63,412 bases of DNA from an uncultured delta proteobacterium (GTDB lineage Bacteria; Myxococcota_A; Polyangia; Fen-1088), in contig CAVTRY010000009.1 of assembly GCA_963737265.1 (NCBI GenBank), positions 1 through 63,412 of the forward strand, in the 5' to 3' direction. The notes beneath the pieces are model-generated. The model saw only the letters and a list, made by a program, of their open reading frames with translations, was not told where the DNA came from and searched no databases. The translations under genes and the position numbers were made by a program. Positions 30,583 to 39,692 of this stretch are shown one piece after another (position 1 is the stretch's first letter; every line of letters begins with the position of its first letter).

Positions 30583-31062
30583 CTAGCTCGAAAGCTCGAA
30601 ATCCATCAGGAGCGCGTCCTCGCCGGTGTCGGCATAGTATTTCGGCCGCAGTCCCACCTCTTTGAAGCCGAATTTTCGGTAGAGAGCCTGGGCCGCGTGG
30701 TTCGATGTGCGCACTTCGAGCGAGAGCACGCGAAAGCTGGCGGTGCGGGCCTGTGCCAAGATGTGGCGCAGCAAGGTCGACGCGTGGCCGTGTCGTCGCT
30801 CGTCGGGGCGGACGGCGATGTTGAGAATGTGCAGCTCGTCGCTGACCAGCCAGTAGTTGCAGAAGGCGACCACGCGCCCGCTCGAGCTCTGGCGCAGAAT
30901 CTCGAGGCGCGCCCACGAACGGGCCAGCTCGTCGGCAAACGCCTCGCGCGGCCACGGTGTGGGAAAGCAAAGGCGTTCGATCTCCATCACGGCATCGAGA
31001 TCTGCCGCCGTGCTCTTGGCGAGCACGTAGCCCTGCCTTGTCTGTTTGCCAAGCACTGCCAA
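30583..31062 (-). CDS. rimI: Ribosomal protein S18 alanine N-acetyltransferase
   Basis: IERLCFPTPW, LHILNIAV, LEVRTSN, LYRKFGF, R.KYY, EDALLM. Confidence 0.9.
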   Translation of the reverse strand: MAVLGKQTRQGYVLAKSTAADLDAVMEIERLCFPTPWPREAFADELARSWARLEILRQSSSGRVVAFCNYWLVSDELHILNIAVRPDERRHGHASTLLRHILAQARTASFRVLSLEVRTSNHAAQALYRKFGFKEVGLRPKYYADTGEDALLMDFELSS

Positions 31063-31076
31063 TGCCTCGTGCGATG

Positions 31077-31766
31077 CTAGGCTGGCTCGACGCCCGCGCC
31101 TTTCGGCTGCACGCCTTCCGGCCGCACGATCGTGTGGGCGATGCGCAACCAGAGTGCGTCCACACCCTCGCCGGTCTCACCAGAAACCATCGACACTGAC
31201 GCTGCCTTGCTGTCTCCATTGATGCCCATGCCCATGCCCTTGCGCACGCGTTCGCGCAGGATCCCGCGCTCGGACGCGCCAAGCTTGTCGGCCTTGGTCA
31301 CCACCAGATGACACGGTACCTGCATCGCCTGCAGCCATTCCAGGAGCTGCAGCTCTTCCGCACCGAGATCGCGGCGAGCGTCCACCAGTACCAGCACGAG
31401 CTTGAGCGCCGTCTGCTTTTTGATGTAGCCCTCGACCATGACTTGCCAGTCCTGCCGGTCGGTGTGCGAAACCTGGGCGTAGCCGTAGCCCGGCAGATCC
31501 ACGAGCCGCACCGCCTGGCGCGTCTTTTGCCCCGGCAGGCGAATCCCAAGATCGAAAAGCACCAGCCCGCGCGTGCGGCCCGGCGTCTTCGAAACCCGCG
31601 CCAGACCGCGACGGCCGGCCATGCGGTTGAGCAGGGTGGACTTGCCCACGTTGGAGCGGCCGGCGATGGCGACCTCGGGCGGTCCAGCGGGCGGCATCTG
31701 CGCGACGTCACGCGCTTCCGCGACAAAGGCGGCATCGAGAATGGTAACCGGGGGTGAATCGGACAT
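31077..31766 (-). CDS. engB: Ribosome biogenesis GTPase YihA/YsxC
   Basis: GRSNVGKS, SKTPGRT, DLPGYG, TKAD. Confidence 0.93.
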   Translation of the reverse strand: MSDSPPVTILDAAFVAEARDVAQMPPAGPPEVAIAGRSNVGKSTLLNRMAGRRGLARVSKTPGRTRGLVLFDLGIRLPGQKTRQAVRLVDLPGYGYAQVSHTDRQDWQVMVEGYIKKQTALKLVLVLVDARRDLGAEELQLLEWLQAMQVPCHLVVTKADKLGASERGILRERVRKGMGMGINGDSKAASVSMVSGETGEGVDALWLRIAHTIVRPEGVQPKGAGVEPA

Positions 31767-31809
31767 GGCATGCATAGTGTACGCGGATCCCGGTAGACTG
31801 CCTCCTGCC

Positions 31810-32418
31810 ATGCTGAAGCTCATTGGCCTGACCGGCGGGATCGGCTCGGGGAAATCCACCGTGGCGGCAATCATTCGCGCCGAGGCGATTCCCGTGATCG
31901 ACGCCGATGTGATCGCGCGTGCCGTGGTCGAGCCTGGGCAGCCGGCCCATGGGGAAATCGCTCGGGAGTGGCCCGCGGTCATCGCCGCCGACGGCCAGAT
32001 CGACCGCAAGAAGCTGGGCGCCATCGTGTTTTCGCATGCGCAGAGCCGCGGCCGGCTGGAGGCTGTCACCCACCCACGCATTCGCCACGAGGTGGCCACG
32101 CAAGCGGCCGAGCTGGCCGCGAAGGGGCATCAGCTGGCCTTTCTCGAAGCCGCGTTGTTGGTCGAAACCGGCTTCTACAAGCAACTCGACGGACTCGTCG
32201 TGGTGTCGGCGAGCGAAGAGGCACAGCTCGCGCGGGTGATGGCGCGCGACGCTTGGCCACGCGCAATCGCCCTGGCCCGCATTCGCGCCCAGCTTCCGCT
32301 GGCCGACAAGATTCGCTTGGCGAACCATGTGCTCGACAACTGCGGCAGCCTCGAAGCACTTCGTGCGCAAGTCTTGCGCCTGATCGGTGCGCTGAAGAAC
32401 TGTCCAAGACTTGGATAG
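31810..32418 (+). CDS. coaE: Dephospho-CoA kinase
   Basis: IGLTGGIGSGKST, IDAD, IDRKKLG, THPRI, LLVE. Confidence 0.95.
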   Translation: MLKLIGLTGGIGSGKSTVAAIIRAEAIPVIDADVIARAVVEPGQPAHGEIAREWPAVIAADGQIDRKKLGAIVFSHAQSRGRLEAVTHPRIRHEVATQAAELAAKGHQLAFLEAALLVETGFYKQLDGLVVVSASEEAQLARVMARDAWPRAIALARIRAQLPLADKIRLANHVLDNCGSLEALRAQVLRLIGALKNCPRLG

Positions 32419-32461
32419 TTCTTCAGCAGCCGAGCCAAGGGCTCGGCCGCAGGCTGGTGAA

Positions 32462-32491
32462 GTCCGCGAATTTACTTCGCGGACGAGGGGA
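32462..32491. repeat. REP-like palindromic repeat, copy 2
   Basis: Hairpin GTCCGCGAA-TTTAC-TTCGCGGAC; 25 bp shared with 9227-9251. Confidence 0.8.
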
Positions 32492-32527
32492 GAGTCGCGC
32501 CCTCCCCGCCTCGGCGTCCGAGGAGCC

Positions 32528-32573
32528 AATACAAAGAATCGGCGGTGAGGGGGAGAGATGCCCTCACCGCCGA
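32528..32573 (-). terminator. Rho-independent terminator of the Cys-rich lipoprotein gene
   Basis: 13-bp stem TCGGCGGTGAGGG/CCCTCACCGCCGA followed on the minus strand by TTCTTTGTATT. Confidence 0.65.
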
Positions 32574-32636
32574 CCAGGAGAAGAACGAAATACTAGGGAA
32601 TCTTACGAGCCGCTTTTCGGCGCCGGAAGCCGGCGG

Positions 32637-33698
32637 CTAAAGGCAAGCAGCGGCGCAGGTCAGCCTGCCGTTGGCTTCGCAGGTGCAAGCGCGCGTTCCC
32701 GCGGCTCCGGCGGCGCTTCGGCAAGCTTCCGAGCAATCGGCCGTGCATGCGGCGTTCGGGAGGCAAGCGGCTGCGCCTGCGTCCACGGGTCCCCCGCCGC
32801 CAACACAACCGGTGCAAGCGAGCCGACCGTTGGCGCCGCAGGTGCATGTGTCCGTTCTGCCGGCTGCACCTGGGCAGGCTGCCGTGCAGTCAGCGGTGCA
32901 GACTTCAAACGCACCACAAACCGCAGCGCCCGCATCGACGGCCCCGCCGCCGGCACAACCGGTGCAAGTGAGCCGACCGTCGGCGCCGCAGGTGCATGTG
33001 TCCGTTCTGCCGGCGGCACCTGGGCAAGCGGCGGTGCAATTGGCCGTGCAACGAGCGTTGGCGGTGCAGATAGCTGCTTCCCCGCCGTCCACGACTCCGC
33101 CGCCACAAGCACCGCAGGTCAGCCTACCGTTCGCACCGCACGTACACGCCCGAGTCTCGCCGCCCGGACAGGTCCCCAAGCAATTCGCCGCACAGATCGA
33201 GTTGGGAAGACACGCTGCCGGTCCGATCGCGGCATCCGTCCCGCCACCCCCGACGGTGCAGGCAGGGGCGCAGGCGAGCCGGCCGTTGGCGCCGCAGGTA
33301 CAGTCGCGCGTACCCGTTCCGCCCGGGCCGCAGGCCTCGGTGCAGTTCGCCGTGCAGGCCAAGCCGTTGCCACACGTCGCCGGAGCCGCGGCGTCGGCCG
33401 TTGGCGTCGTTCTGCCACCCGTGCCCGTCGCACTGCCGCCCGTGCCCACCACGCGGCCGCCCGCACCCGACTCGAAACCACCCGCGGCGATGATGCCACC
33501 GAAGCTGGTTGTCGCCCCTCCGGTCCGCGCGACGGCACCGCCCGAGCTCCCAGTGGTACCTCCACCGGTGCCGCTCAAAGTGCCACCCGTGGCAATCTGG
33601 AGCCCAGAAGTCCCTGAGCTGCAACCGGCGCCCATTGCGACCAAGATCATTGCCGAAACTGCCAGGACCCCAAATTTCTGAGACGTGGTACGAGTCAT
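32637..33698 (-). CDS. Lipoprotein with Gly/Thr linker and five 8-Cys repeats
   Basis: Lipobox GAGC; five units C-x5-C-x3-C-x3-C...CTC-x-A(N/D)GRL-x-C-x2/3-C. Confidence 0.85.
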   Translation of the reverse strand: MTRTTSQKFGVLAVSAMILVAMGAGCSSGTSGLQIATGGTLSGTGGGTTGSSGGAVARTGGATTSFGGIIAAGGFESGAGGRVVGTGGSATGTGGRTTPTADAAAPATCGNGLACTANCTEACGPGGTGTRDCTCGANGRLACAPACTVGGGGTDAAIGPAACLPNSICAANCLGTCPGGETRACTCGANGRLTCGACGGGVVDGGEAAICTANARCTANCTAACPGAAGRTDTCTCGADGRLTCTGCAGGGAVDAGAAVCGAFEVCTADCTAACPGAAGRTDTCTCGANGRLACTGCVGGGGPVDAGAAACLPNAACTADCSEACRSAAGAAGTRACTCEANGRLTCAAACL

Positions 33699-33780
33699 TG
33701 CTGCCCCCTGTGATGAAAGTTGAATTCAAACCGGTTAGAGGCACACCCTTGCATTGACCATCAACTTTTGTAGGCCAGCC

Positions 33781-33870
33781 CCGATGCACGGGGCCAGTGA
33801 TTTGATGGAGCGGCCGATGCACGGGGCCAGTGATTTGATGGAGCGGCGGGCCAGCGACTTAATGAAGCGG
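33781..33870. repeat. 33-bp tandem repeat (2 identical copies + 1 degenerate partial)
   Basis: CCGATGCACGGGGCCAGTGATTTGATGGAGCGG at 33781 and 33814; partial copy 33847-33870. Confidence 0.9.
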
Positions 33871-33917
33871 CGAAGGCTGCAAACAAACCATCAACGCGGC
33901 TGAGTACTGAGCCGCCT

Positions 33918-35903
33918 TCAGGGGACCGCCGTGAGCGGCACCATGTGCTTGACGTTCTTGGCGTTGCCGCGGACATCGCCATTCAAGACCTTCACCGGCA
34001 CCGGCGGCGTCAGCCTGAAGCGGTAACCCTTGCTGTCGCTCTGGAGGGCGATATCCTGTCCTTTGTATTGCAGGTGTCGTACGTAGTCCTCGGGCACCAG
34101 GCCGTCACGCACGTTCGCGTGGTGCTTCACGAGGAAGGCCGCCAGCCGCAGGGCCTCGAAGTTGTGCAGCCGGTGGCAGCCGTTGCTCTCGCCGCGCTTG
34201 ACGGCTCGGTAGCCGGGCGTGCCGTGGGTCCGGATACGAAGGTCCATGAGGTCCGGTTCGCCCTTTGAGTCGACAGCCATGATCTGGTGGTGCACGATGG
34301 CCACCAGCCCGTAGGCTGCGTGGTAACCGGGACCGATGATCTCGGTCCTGGGCACGAACGTGTCCCCCTGCTTGACCAGCAGCCTGCGCGTCGGCATGCC
34401 CGGCGCCGGATGCCAGGTCGGCGTGGCCAGAATTTCGGGCCAGAGAGCGTCGCCCGTCACCGATTCCTTGTACTTGAGCGCCATGGTTCCGTCGGACTTC
34501 TCGAACGTCTTCCACCCCCCGATAGTGGTTGGCCAGCGGCACAGCGCCACCTCGTGATCGCCGGCGCGGGCATAGATCGTCAGGGTAGGACGGTCTGCGA
34601 CCGGGGGCTTCCACCTCTTGCGGCCGTCCTTGTCGAGCTTTGGCCGCTCGAGTACCACTTCGCCGCGATCGATCTCCGCGCGCAGCTCCATATTGGATCC
34701 GTGATACGACGGCGGCGGTTGTAGGCGGACCGCGACGGCCGCCGGCAAGGGCTCAGGCCCCTTGTTCTTCCGTGCCTGGCGTGGCGAAGGGGCCGCATGG
34801 GCAACCAGAGTGCTTGCGAGGACGGCCTCCGGTGACGTCCAGCCCAGCGCCTGGCCGGCGGCGTGGGTGGCCGTCGCGATCAGATCGGGCGCCGGGACGA
34901 TCCTGCCCGCCGCCTCGGCGGCAGCGGGCGGTTTTTCGGCCGATGCCGAGGGGGTGGACTTGGCGGCGGCCGGTTGCCCCGGCAGGGGCAGGAACTCGGC
35001 GGTGTCCAGCTGGCGTCCCTGCACCTCGCCGAGGATCCCCAGGGCCGAACCGTCCTCGAGCAGCCCGGTCGCGTCGACGACCCGTTCACGCAGCGCACGC
35101 AGCAGCGCCCGGAAGTCCTGCTCGCGGCTGTCGCCAAGAAGCGCGGCGCGGGTCTCGGGATCGATGTTCCCGTTATCCGCGAGCATCTGTAACCGCTGAT
35201 AGACCTTCAGCCCCTCGACCGTTCGGCGATCCATCCGGCCGGGGCTGGCTTTGCCGGACAGCAGATCCTCGCAGCGCAGATGGGCCTGCATCGCGATGAC
35301 GGCCCGCTTCTCCGTCGGGGTCAACGGTCGCGGCGAGATTGTCCGCCCGGTCGGAATCATTGCCGGCGCATCGCCGGCTGCAACCGCCGCGGCGTCGGGG
35401 TTCGGTACCTTCTCTGCCTCTTCCGCCGGAATCACGTTCTTGGGCGACAGTTCCTCGAGCACCGCGTCCTTCACCCGCTCGTGGCAGGCGTGGCGCTTCT
35501 GGTCCGCCAGCCGCCGCCGCAACAGGTTCAGGCTGGGGAGCACCCCGAACGCCTCGAAAAAACGGTCCGAGCGAGCGCGGGCGTAGGCACTGCCCGCCCG
35601 AAACCGTCCGTTGGCCAAATCGATGAGGTAGCGCCGCAAAGGCTGTGGCTTGCCGGGCTCCTCGGAGAAGATGTAAGAAAGCCAGTCGTCCGAGAGATCG
35701 ACGACGGTCAGGCCGTCTCGGCGTGCCTTCTCGGGCGTCGTCTGGCCCACCGTCCGTCCCGCTTCCACCACCATGATCTCGCCGCTGGCCGGCGTCACTG
35801 AAGCGGCTTGGGCCGGCCGTGCCTGTGGCGTGGCCTCCGCGGCTCGTCCGGACAAGAGGCCGGCGACCGCGAGGGCGGTCGCGGCGCACCCTGTGATTTT
35901 CAT
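33918..35903 (-). CDS. Secreted protein with peptidoglycan-binding-like segment and L,D-transpeptidase (YkuD)-like domain
   Basis: Signal peptide; G.MD..T.EGLKVYQ...G.IDPET PG-binding-like; HGT...SNGCHRL catalytic-like motif. Confidence 0.7.
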   Translation of the reverse strand: MKITGCAATALAVAGLLSGRAAEATPQARPAQAASVTPASGEIMVVEAGRTVGQTTPEKARRDGLTVVDLSDDWLSYIFSEEPGKPQPLRRYLIDLANGRFRAGSAYARARSDRFFEAFGVLPSLNLLRRRLADQKRHACHERVKDAVLEELSPKNVIPAEEAEKVPNPDAAAVAAGDAPAMIPTGRTISPRPLTPTEKRAVIAMQAHLRCEDLLSGKASPGRMDRRTVEGLKVYQRLQMLADNGNIDPETRAALLGDSREQDFRALLRALRERVVDATGLLEDGSALGILGEVQGRQLDTAEFLPLPGQPAAAKSTPSASAEKPPAAAEAAGRIVPAPDLIATATHAAGQALGWTSPEAVLASTLVAHAAPSPRQARKNKGPEPLPAAVAVRLQPPPSYHGSNMELRAEIDRGEVVLERPKLDKDGRKRWKPPVADRPTLTIYARAGDHEVALCRWPTTIGGWKTFEKSDGTMALKYKESVTGDALWPEILATPTWHPAPGMPTRRLLVKQGDTFVPRTEIIGPGYHAAYGLVAIVHHQIMAVDSKGEPDLMDLRIRTHGTPGYRAVKRGESNGCHRLHNFEALRLAAFLVKHHANVRDGLVPEDYVRHLQYKGQDIALQSDSKGYRFRLTPPVPVKVLNGDVRGNAKNVKHMVPLTAVP

Positions 35904-36035
35904 GCAGTACCTAGCAACAGAATAGAGCCGTGCCCTTCGCGATTCAAGACGGGAATCAGCCGCGCGCCATGGATGGATCGCCCACCATCACTGTCGAGAT
36001 ACCGAACCGAATCGGTTCAGAGAGGACGGAGAGGA

Positions 36036-37331
36036 TCAGTTTGGGGGCTCAAGGTACGGTTTGATCAGGCCGTACTTGGCCTGGTTCACGGTGACCCAGT
36101 CATCCTTCAGGATGCCTTCGGTATCGCCCGAGTTGGGATTCATGCTCCAGAAAGTCCAGCTGGCTTCCTTGCCGACGTAGTCCATGAACTTGGTCAGCCA
36201 CTTGTACGGGACGGAATTGGGATCGGCCGCGCTGGCTTCCTTGATACCGAATTCACCGATGAATACCGGCGCAATCCCGTGCTTGGCCACGAACCAGAAC
36301 TTGTCGTCCCAGATGCTGGGCATGTTGCTCGGAAAATTGGCCGCGGAGAACCAGGACTGGGCGTAGACCTCGGGACCGTACTCGTGTGCCGAATACCAGA
36401 GGCTGGTCGCCGGGATGCCGCGATCGCCGATGGGGCTGTCAGCCACGCCCTTCAAGTTGCCACCCCACCAGTAGTTGTCGCCGCGATAGTTTTCCACGCC
36501 CTCGACAATGATGGTGATGGCAGGGTTGGCGGCCAGGATGGCCTGCCCACATTGGATGGCGGCCTTGCGCCAGTCGGTCGTGCCATAGCCTTCCTGGTCG
36601 TATCCCCAGGTGGCCGGCGGCTTCATGCCGGTGGTGGTATTGCCGTGTGGTTCGTTCTTCAGATCCGCCGCCGCGACCGCCGGATTGTTCTTGTAGCGCT
36701 CAATCAATGACACCCAATCCGAAATCCAGGTCGTCGCGGGATAGGCGCTGCTGTACCACAGGGTCTCGTTCATGTACCCGTCGTGCGCCCGCGAGTGGTT
36801 GTCCAGAATCACCTTCAGCCCGATGCGGTTGGCCTCGTCAAGTATCTTGTCCATCACTTCCAGCGATGAAAGCCCGTCGAGGTCGACGTTCATCCCCACT
36901 TCGTTGGTGTAGGGATCCACGCCGTAGGCATTGATCTGCATCCCGCTGGGCACAGCCGTCAGCATATCGTTGCACCAAGGCAGGCGCACGCTGTTGAACC
37001 CCAGATCCTTGATCTGCAGCAGCATCGACCGGTAGTCGCGCGCCCACAGCCCATGCGGCGAAAAATTTCCGGTCTCGAACCCAAACCAATTCACGCCAGT
37101 CAACCGCGGCCGGCCGAAGCAGCCGGCACAAGCGGACGACCCACCAGTGCCGCCCGCTCCCGCCGCCGCTGAGCCCGCGCTGCCACCCCGACTCGTCGCA
37201 GGTTCCGATGGCGCCGCAGACTTGCCGCTCGAGCAAGCCGCAAGCAGCACAAGAAAAACCAGCCCAGCCAGGCCGCCTCGCCGAGGTGTCTTGGCGCTCT
37301 CGCGGCTATCGCTACTGGTCAAGTCGCGCAT
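36036..37331 (-). CDS. GH5 endoglucanase, lipoprotein
   Basis: GVNWFGFET, GFNSVRLP, ILDNH, DLKNEPH, HEYG, IGEFG, FWSMNPNSGDT; LAAC lipobox. Confidence 0.93.
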   Translation of the reverse strand: MRDLTSSDSRESAKTPRRGGLAGLVFLVLLAACSSGKSAAPSEPATSRGGSAGSAAAGAGGTGGSSACAGCFGRPRLTGVNWFGFETGNFSPHGLWARDYRSMLLQIKDLGFNSVRLPWCNDMLTAVPSGMQINAYGVDPYTNEVGMNVDLDGLSSLEVMDKILDEANRIGLKVILDNHSRAHDGYMNETLWYSSAYPATTWISDWVSLIERYKNNPAVAAADLKNEPHGNTTTGMKPPATWGYDQEGYGTTDWRKAAIQCGQAILAANPAITIIVEGVENYRGDNYWWGGNLKGVADSPIGDRGIPATSLWYSAHEYGPEVYAQSWFSAANFPSNMPSIWDDKFWFVAKHGIAPVFIGEFGIKEASAADPNSVPYKWLTKFMDYVGKEASWTFWSMNPNSGDTEGILKDDWVTVNQAKYGLIKPYLEPPN

Positions 37332-37452
37332 ATGCGCCGAATTCTACGCCATTGGACGATGCGCACCAACGGTCGCAAGCACAACCGACTGTGAAACTTG
37401 CCCAGTTCTCATCTTGCTTGGCCGCTGAGCTGACACGTGTTAGACGATATAG

Positions 37453-38488
37453 ATGCAGACGTACTGCCTGGCTGGAGACGTCGGCGGAACCAAGACGCTG
37501 CTAGCCATTTTTGCTCGATCGTCCGATGGCAGCTGTCACGCAGTTCGCTCGAACGCGGTATCAAAGCGCGGCCTACAAAGGCCTTGCGCCGATGGTTCGC
37601 GATTTCTTGGCGGTGGGAAACGAGCCGATTCGGCGGGCTGGAATTGGTGTCGCGGGGCCCGTTTACGGGGGAAGAGCCACCGCCACCAACCTTCCGTGGA
37701 ACCTTAGCGAGCAAGATCTCGCGCGCGAATTTGGATTGGACAGGGTGCGTCTCATCAATGACTTCGTCGCTGTGGCCTTGGGGATCCCAAGTCTTGCCGT
37801 CGCTGATCTCGCCGTGCTTCAGGAGGGGAGAGTCAATCCATCCGGTCCGGTGGCCGTTCTTGGGGCTGGCACCGGTCTCGGCGAGGCCATCTTGCTTCCG
37901 GGCGAGAGTGAGCCAACGGTGCTGGCAACCGAGGGCGGACACGCTAGCTTCGCCCCAACAAGTGCACGCGAGATCCGTCTCTTGGAGTTCCTACGTTCGA
38001 AGTTCGGACATGTTTCCTGGGAGCGGGTCTTGTCGGGTCCAGGGATAAAGAGCATCTATGATTTCCTGGTTGCCGACGGTGAGCCTGAGCTTCCCGCGAC
38101 GGTTTCTCGTCTTGCGGACGAAGATCCGGGCTCGGTCATCGGCGAACTTGCTTTGGCGAAGTCGGATCCCACCTGCGTCGCTGCGGTCGACGTTTTTGCC
38201 CGCCTCTACGGTGCCGAGGCGGGTGACCTGGCTCTCAAGTCCATGGCATCAGGTGGGGTCTTTGTCGCGGGAGGAATCGCCCCGCGCCTGCTGACGATTC
38301 TGCAGACGGGCATCTTCACATCTTCGTTTAATGAGAAAGGGCGTATGTCAGCTCTGATGAACACGTTCCGTGTCTCGGTGGTGATGCGGAGTGACGTGGG
38401 GTTGCTCGGGGCATGCCGAGCCGGCCTTGGCGAGGTAGGATTCCTCCTCGCGCCTCGCCAGCCGGGCGCCCCGTCGCCCAACTCGTAG
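37453..38488 (+). pseudogene. glk: Glucokinase, frameshifted near 37530-37560 (pseudogene or sequencing error)
   Basis: LAGDVGGTKT in frame 37453; GVAGPV, TNLPW, LINDF, GAGTGLG, TEGGH, ERVLSG, GGIAP in frame 37511. Confidence 0.85.
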
Positions 38489-38582
38489 CATCTATTCTCT
38501 GACGAGCCCTTACGTTGCATCGACTGGAGCGCAGCTACGGCCGAGAAGATCTGCCTCTTGCGCGCCCGACGATCTTCGCCCA

Positions 38583-39371
38583 CTACGGGGGAGGACAGGC
38601 GGCGGCGGCCGTTATCGCGTTGGCGCAACCGATCGCCACGCCGCCGGCGTGGGCGACATCGTTGTTGCAGTTGTTCGCGCAGTTACCGGTACAGGGGTAG
38701 TTCGTCTGCAAGCAATCAATGATGGCCGTGCATTGAGCGGCTCGCGAGATGCCATTCTCGAGGCATGCGCTGCACGATAGATTCGTTCCGAAGGAGTAGC
38801 CATTCTTGATGATCTGCTGAATGCAATTGCTTGCGACGTCGCCCGCGCCAGCGTCGGGACCAGGCTCGGGAACGACCTCCGGGCCAAGCTCGGGAGGTCC
38901 GTCGATTTGGACATCTGGCTGGACATCCACAGAGACGTCGATACCGATGTCAAACGGTCCAACCTTGGTGTCGGGCCCCACTTCGGCCAAGGCTTTCCCG
39001 TCCAAAGGCGCGTCCAGCGGAGAATTGGCGTCGCCATTTTGGGGCCCGTCAGAGGCAGGGCTGTCGGCATTCCGAGCTTGGCCGTCGTTGTGGGGAACGG
39101 TTTGGGCATCGTCGTTGACCGGCGCAACATCCGGGGAAGGAAGCCCAGGTGCGTCGGAATTCGCCGGCACCACGGGTGCGTCGAGATTTTCGCTGCCGCT
39201 CGGATCTTTGCAGGGCTGCGTGCTGGAACCGGCACACGCCGACACGATGGCTGGCTTGTTGAGATTCACACATCCCAGGGACAGCAGGACAGGCGCCAGC
39301 GAAACCCATGGCGAGGCCCACGTGCGACAGCCTATCAACTCGCAATCCATCGGCTCGCTTCGTTGTTCCAA
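38583..39371 (-). CDS. Hypothetical lipoprotein with acidic Pro-rich linker and Cys-rich C-terminus
   Basis: LSLGC lipobox, D/P-rich middle, CSAC...CTGNCANNC; start uncertain. Confidence 0.65.
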   Translation of the reverse strand: MEQRSEPMDCELIGCRTWASPWVSLAPVLLSLGCVNLNKPAIVSACAGSSTQPCKDPSGSENLDAPVVPANSDAPGLPSPDVAPVNDDAQTVPHNDGQARNADSPASDGPQNGDANSPLDAPLDGKALAEVGPDTKVGPFDIGIDVSVDVQPDVQIDGPPELGPEVVPEPGPDAGAGDVASNCIQQIIKNGYSFGTNLSCSACLENGISRAAQCTAIIDCLQTNYPCTGNCANNCNNDVAHAGGVAIGCANAITAAAACPPP

Positions 39372-39509
39372 GGAAATACCTTCCCAGCAGTTTGAGACTT
39401 GGAATACGATGTTTTCAGGCTATCGTGGGAACAGCTCAACCCGCCAGATGCTATGCATCTCGCGGAAAGTATTGTGCCACAGGTGCAGCCCGGGCTGCAA
39501 TGTCGGCCA

Positions 39510-39543
39510 CAGGAAATCAGGAAATACAGGAAATATAGGAAAT
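39510..39543. repeat. (C/T)AGGAAAT(A) x4 tandem motif in a divergent intergenic region
   Basis: CAGGAAAT CAGGAAATA CAGGAAATA TAGGAAAT. Confidence 0.8.
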
Positions 39544-39692
39544 CCGCACCGGCCAAGTCCGTCAACCCGTTCGGTGCTCGACGGGCTGCCGCCTGCGGAT
39601 CCCATGGGAAAATATCTTCGAGAACGCGTTGACCCGAAGCGGTCCTTGACAGTGCTATTCTGCGAACCTTGTTCGGGGGTCGATATTGTCCA

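Noticed and set aside
33739-33753. Sigma-54 promoter AGGCACACCCTTGCA
   Set aside because: GG-to-GC spacing is 9 rather than 10 and it faces away from the adjacent gene
33781-33870. 33-bp repeat as a CRISPR array
   Set aside because: Copies are directly adjacent with no spacers; no cas genes in the window
39464-39479. Sigma-54 promoter on the minus strand (TGGCACAATACTTTCC)
   Set aside because: Good -24 element but lacks the -12 GC; too weak to call
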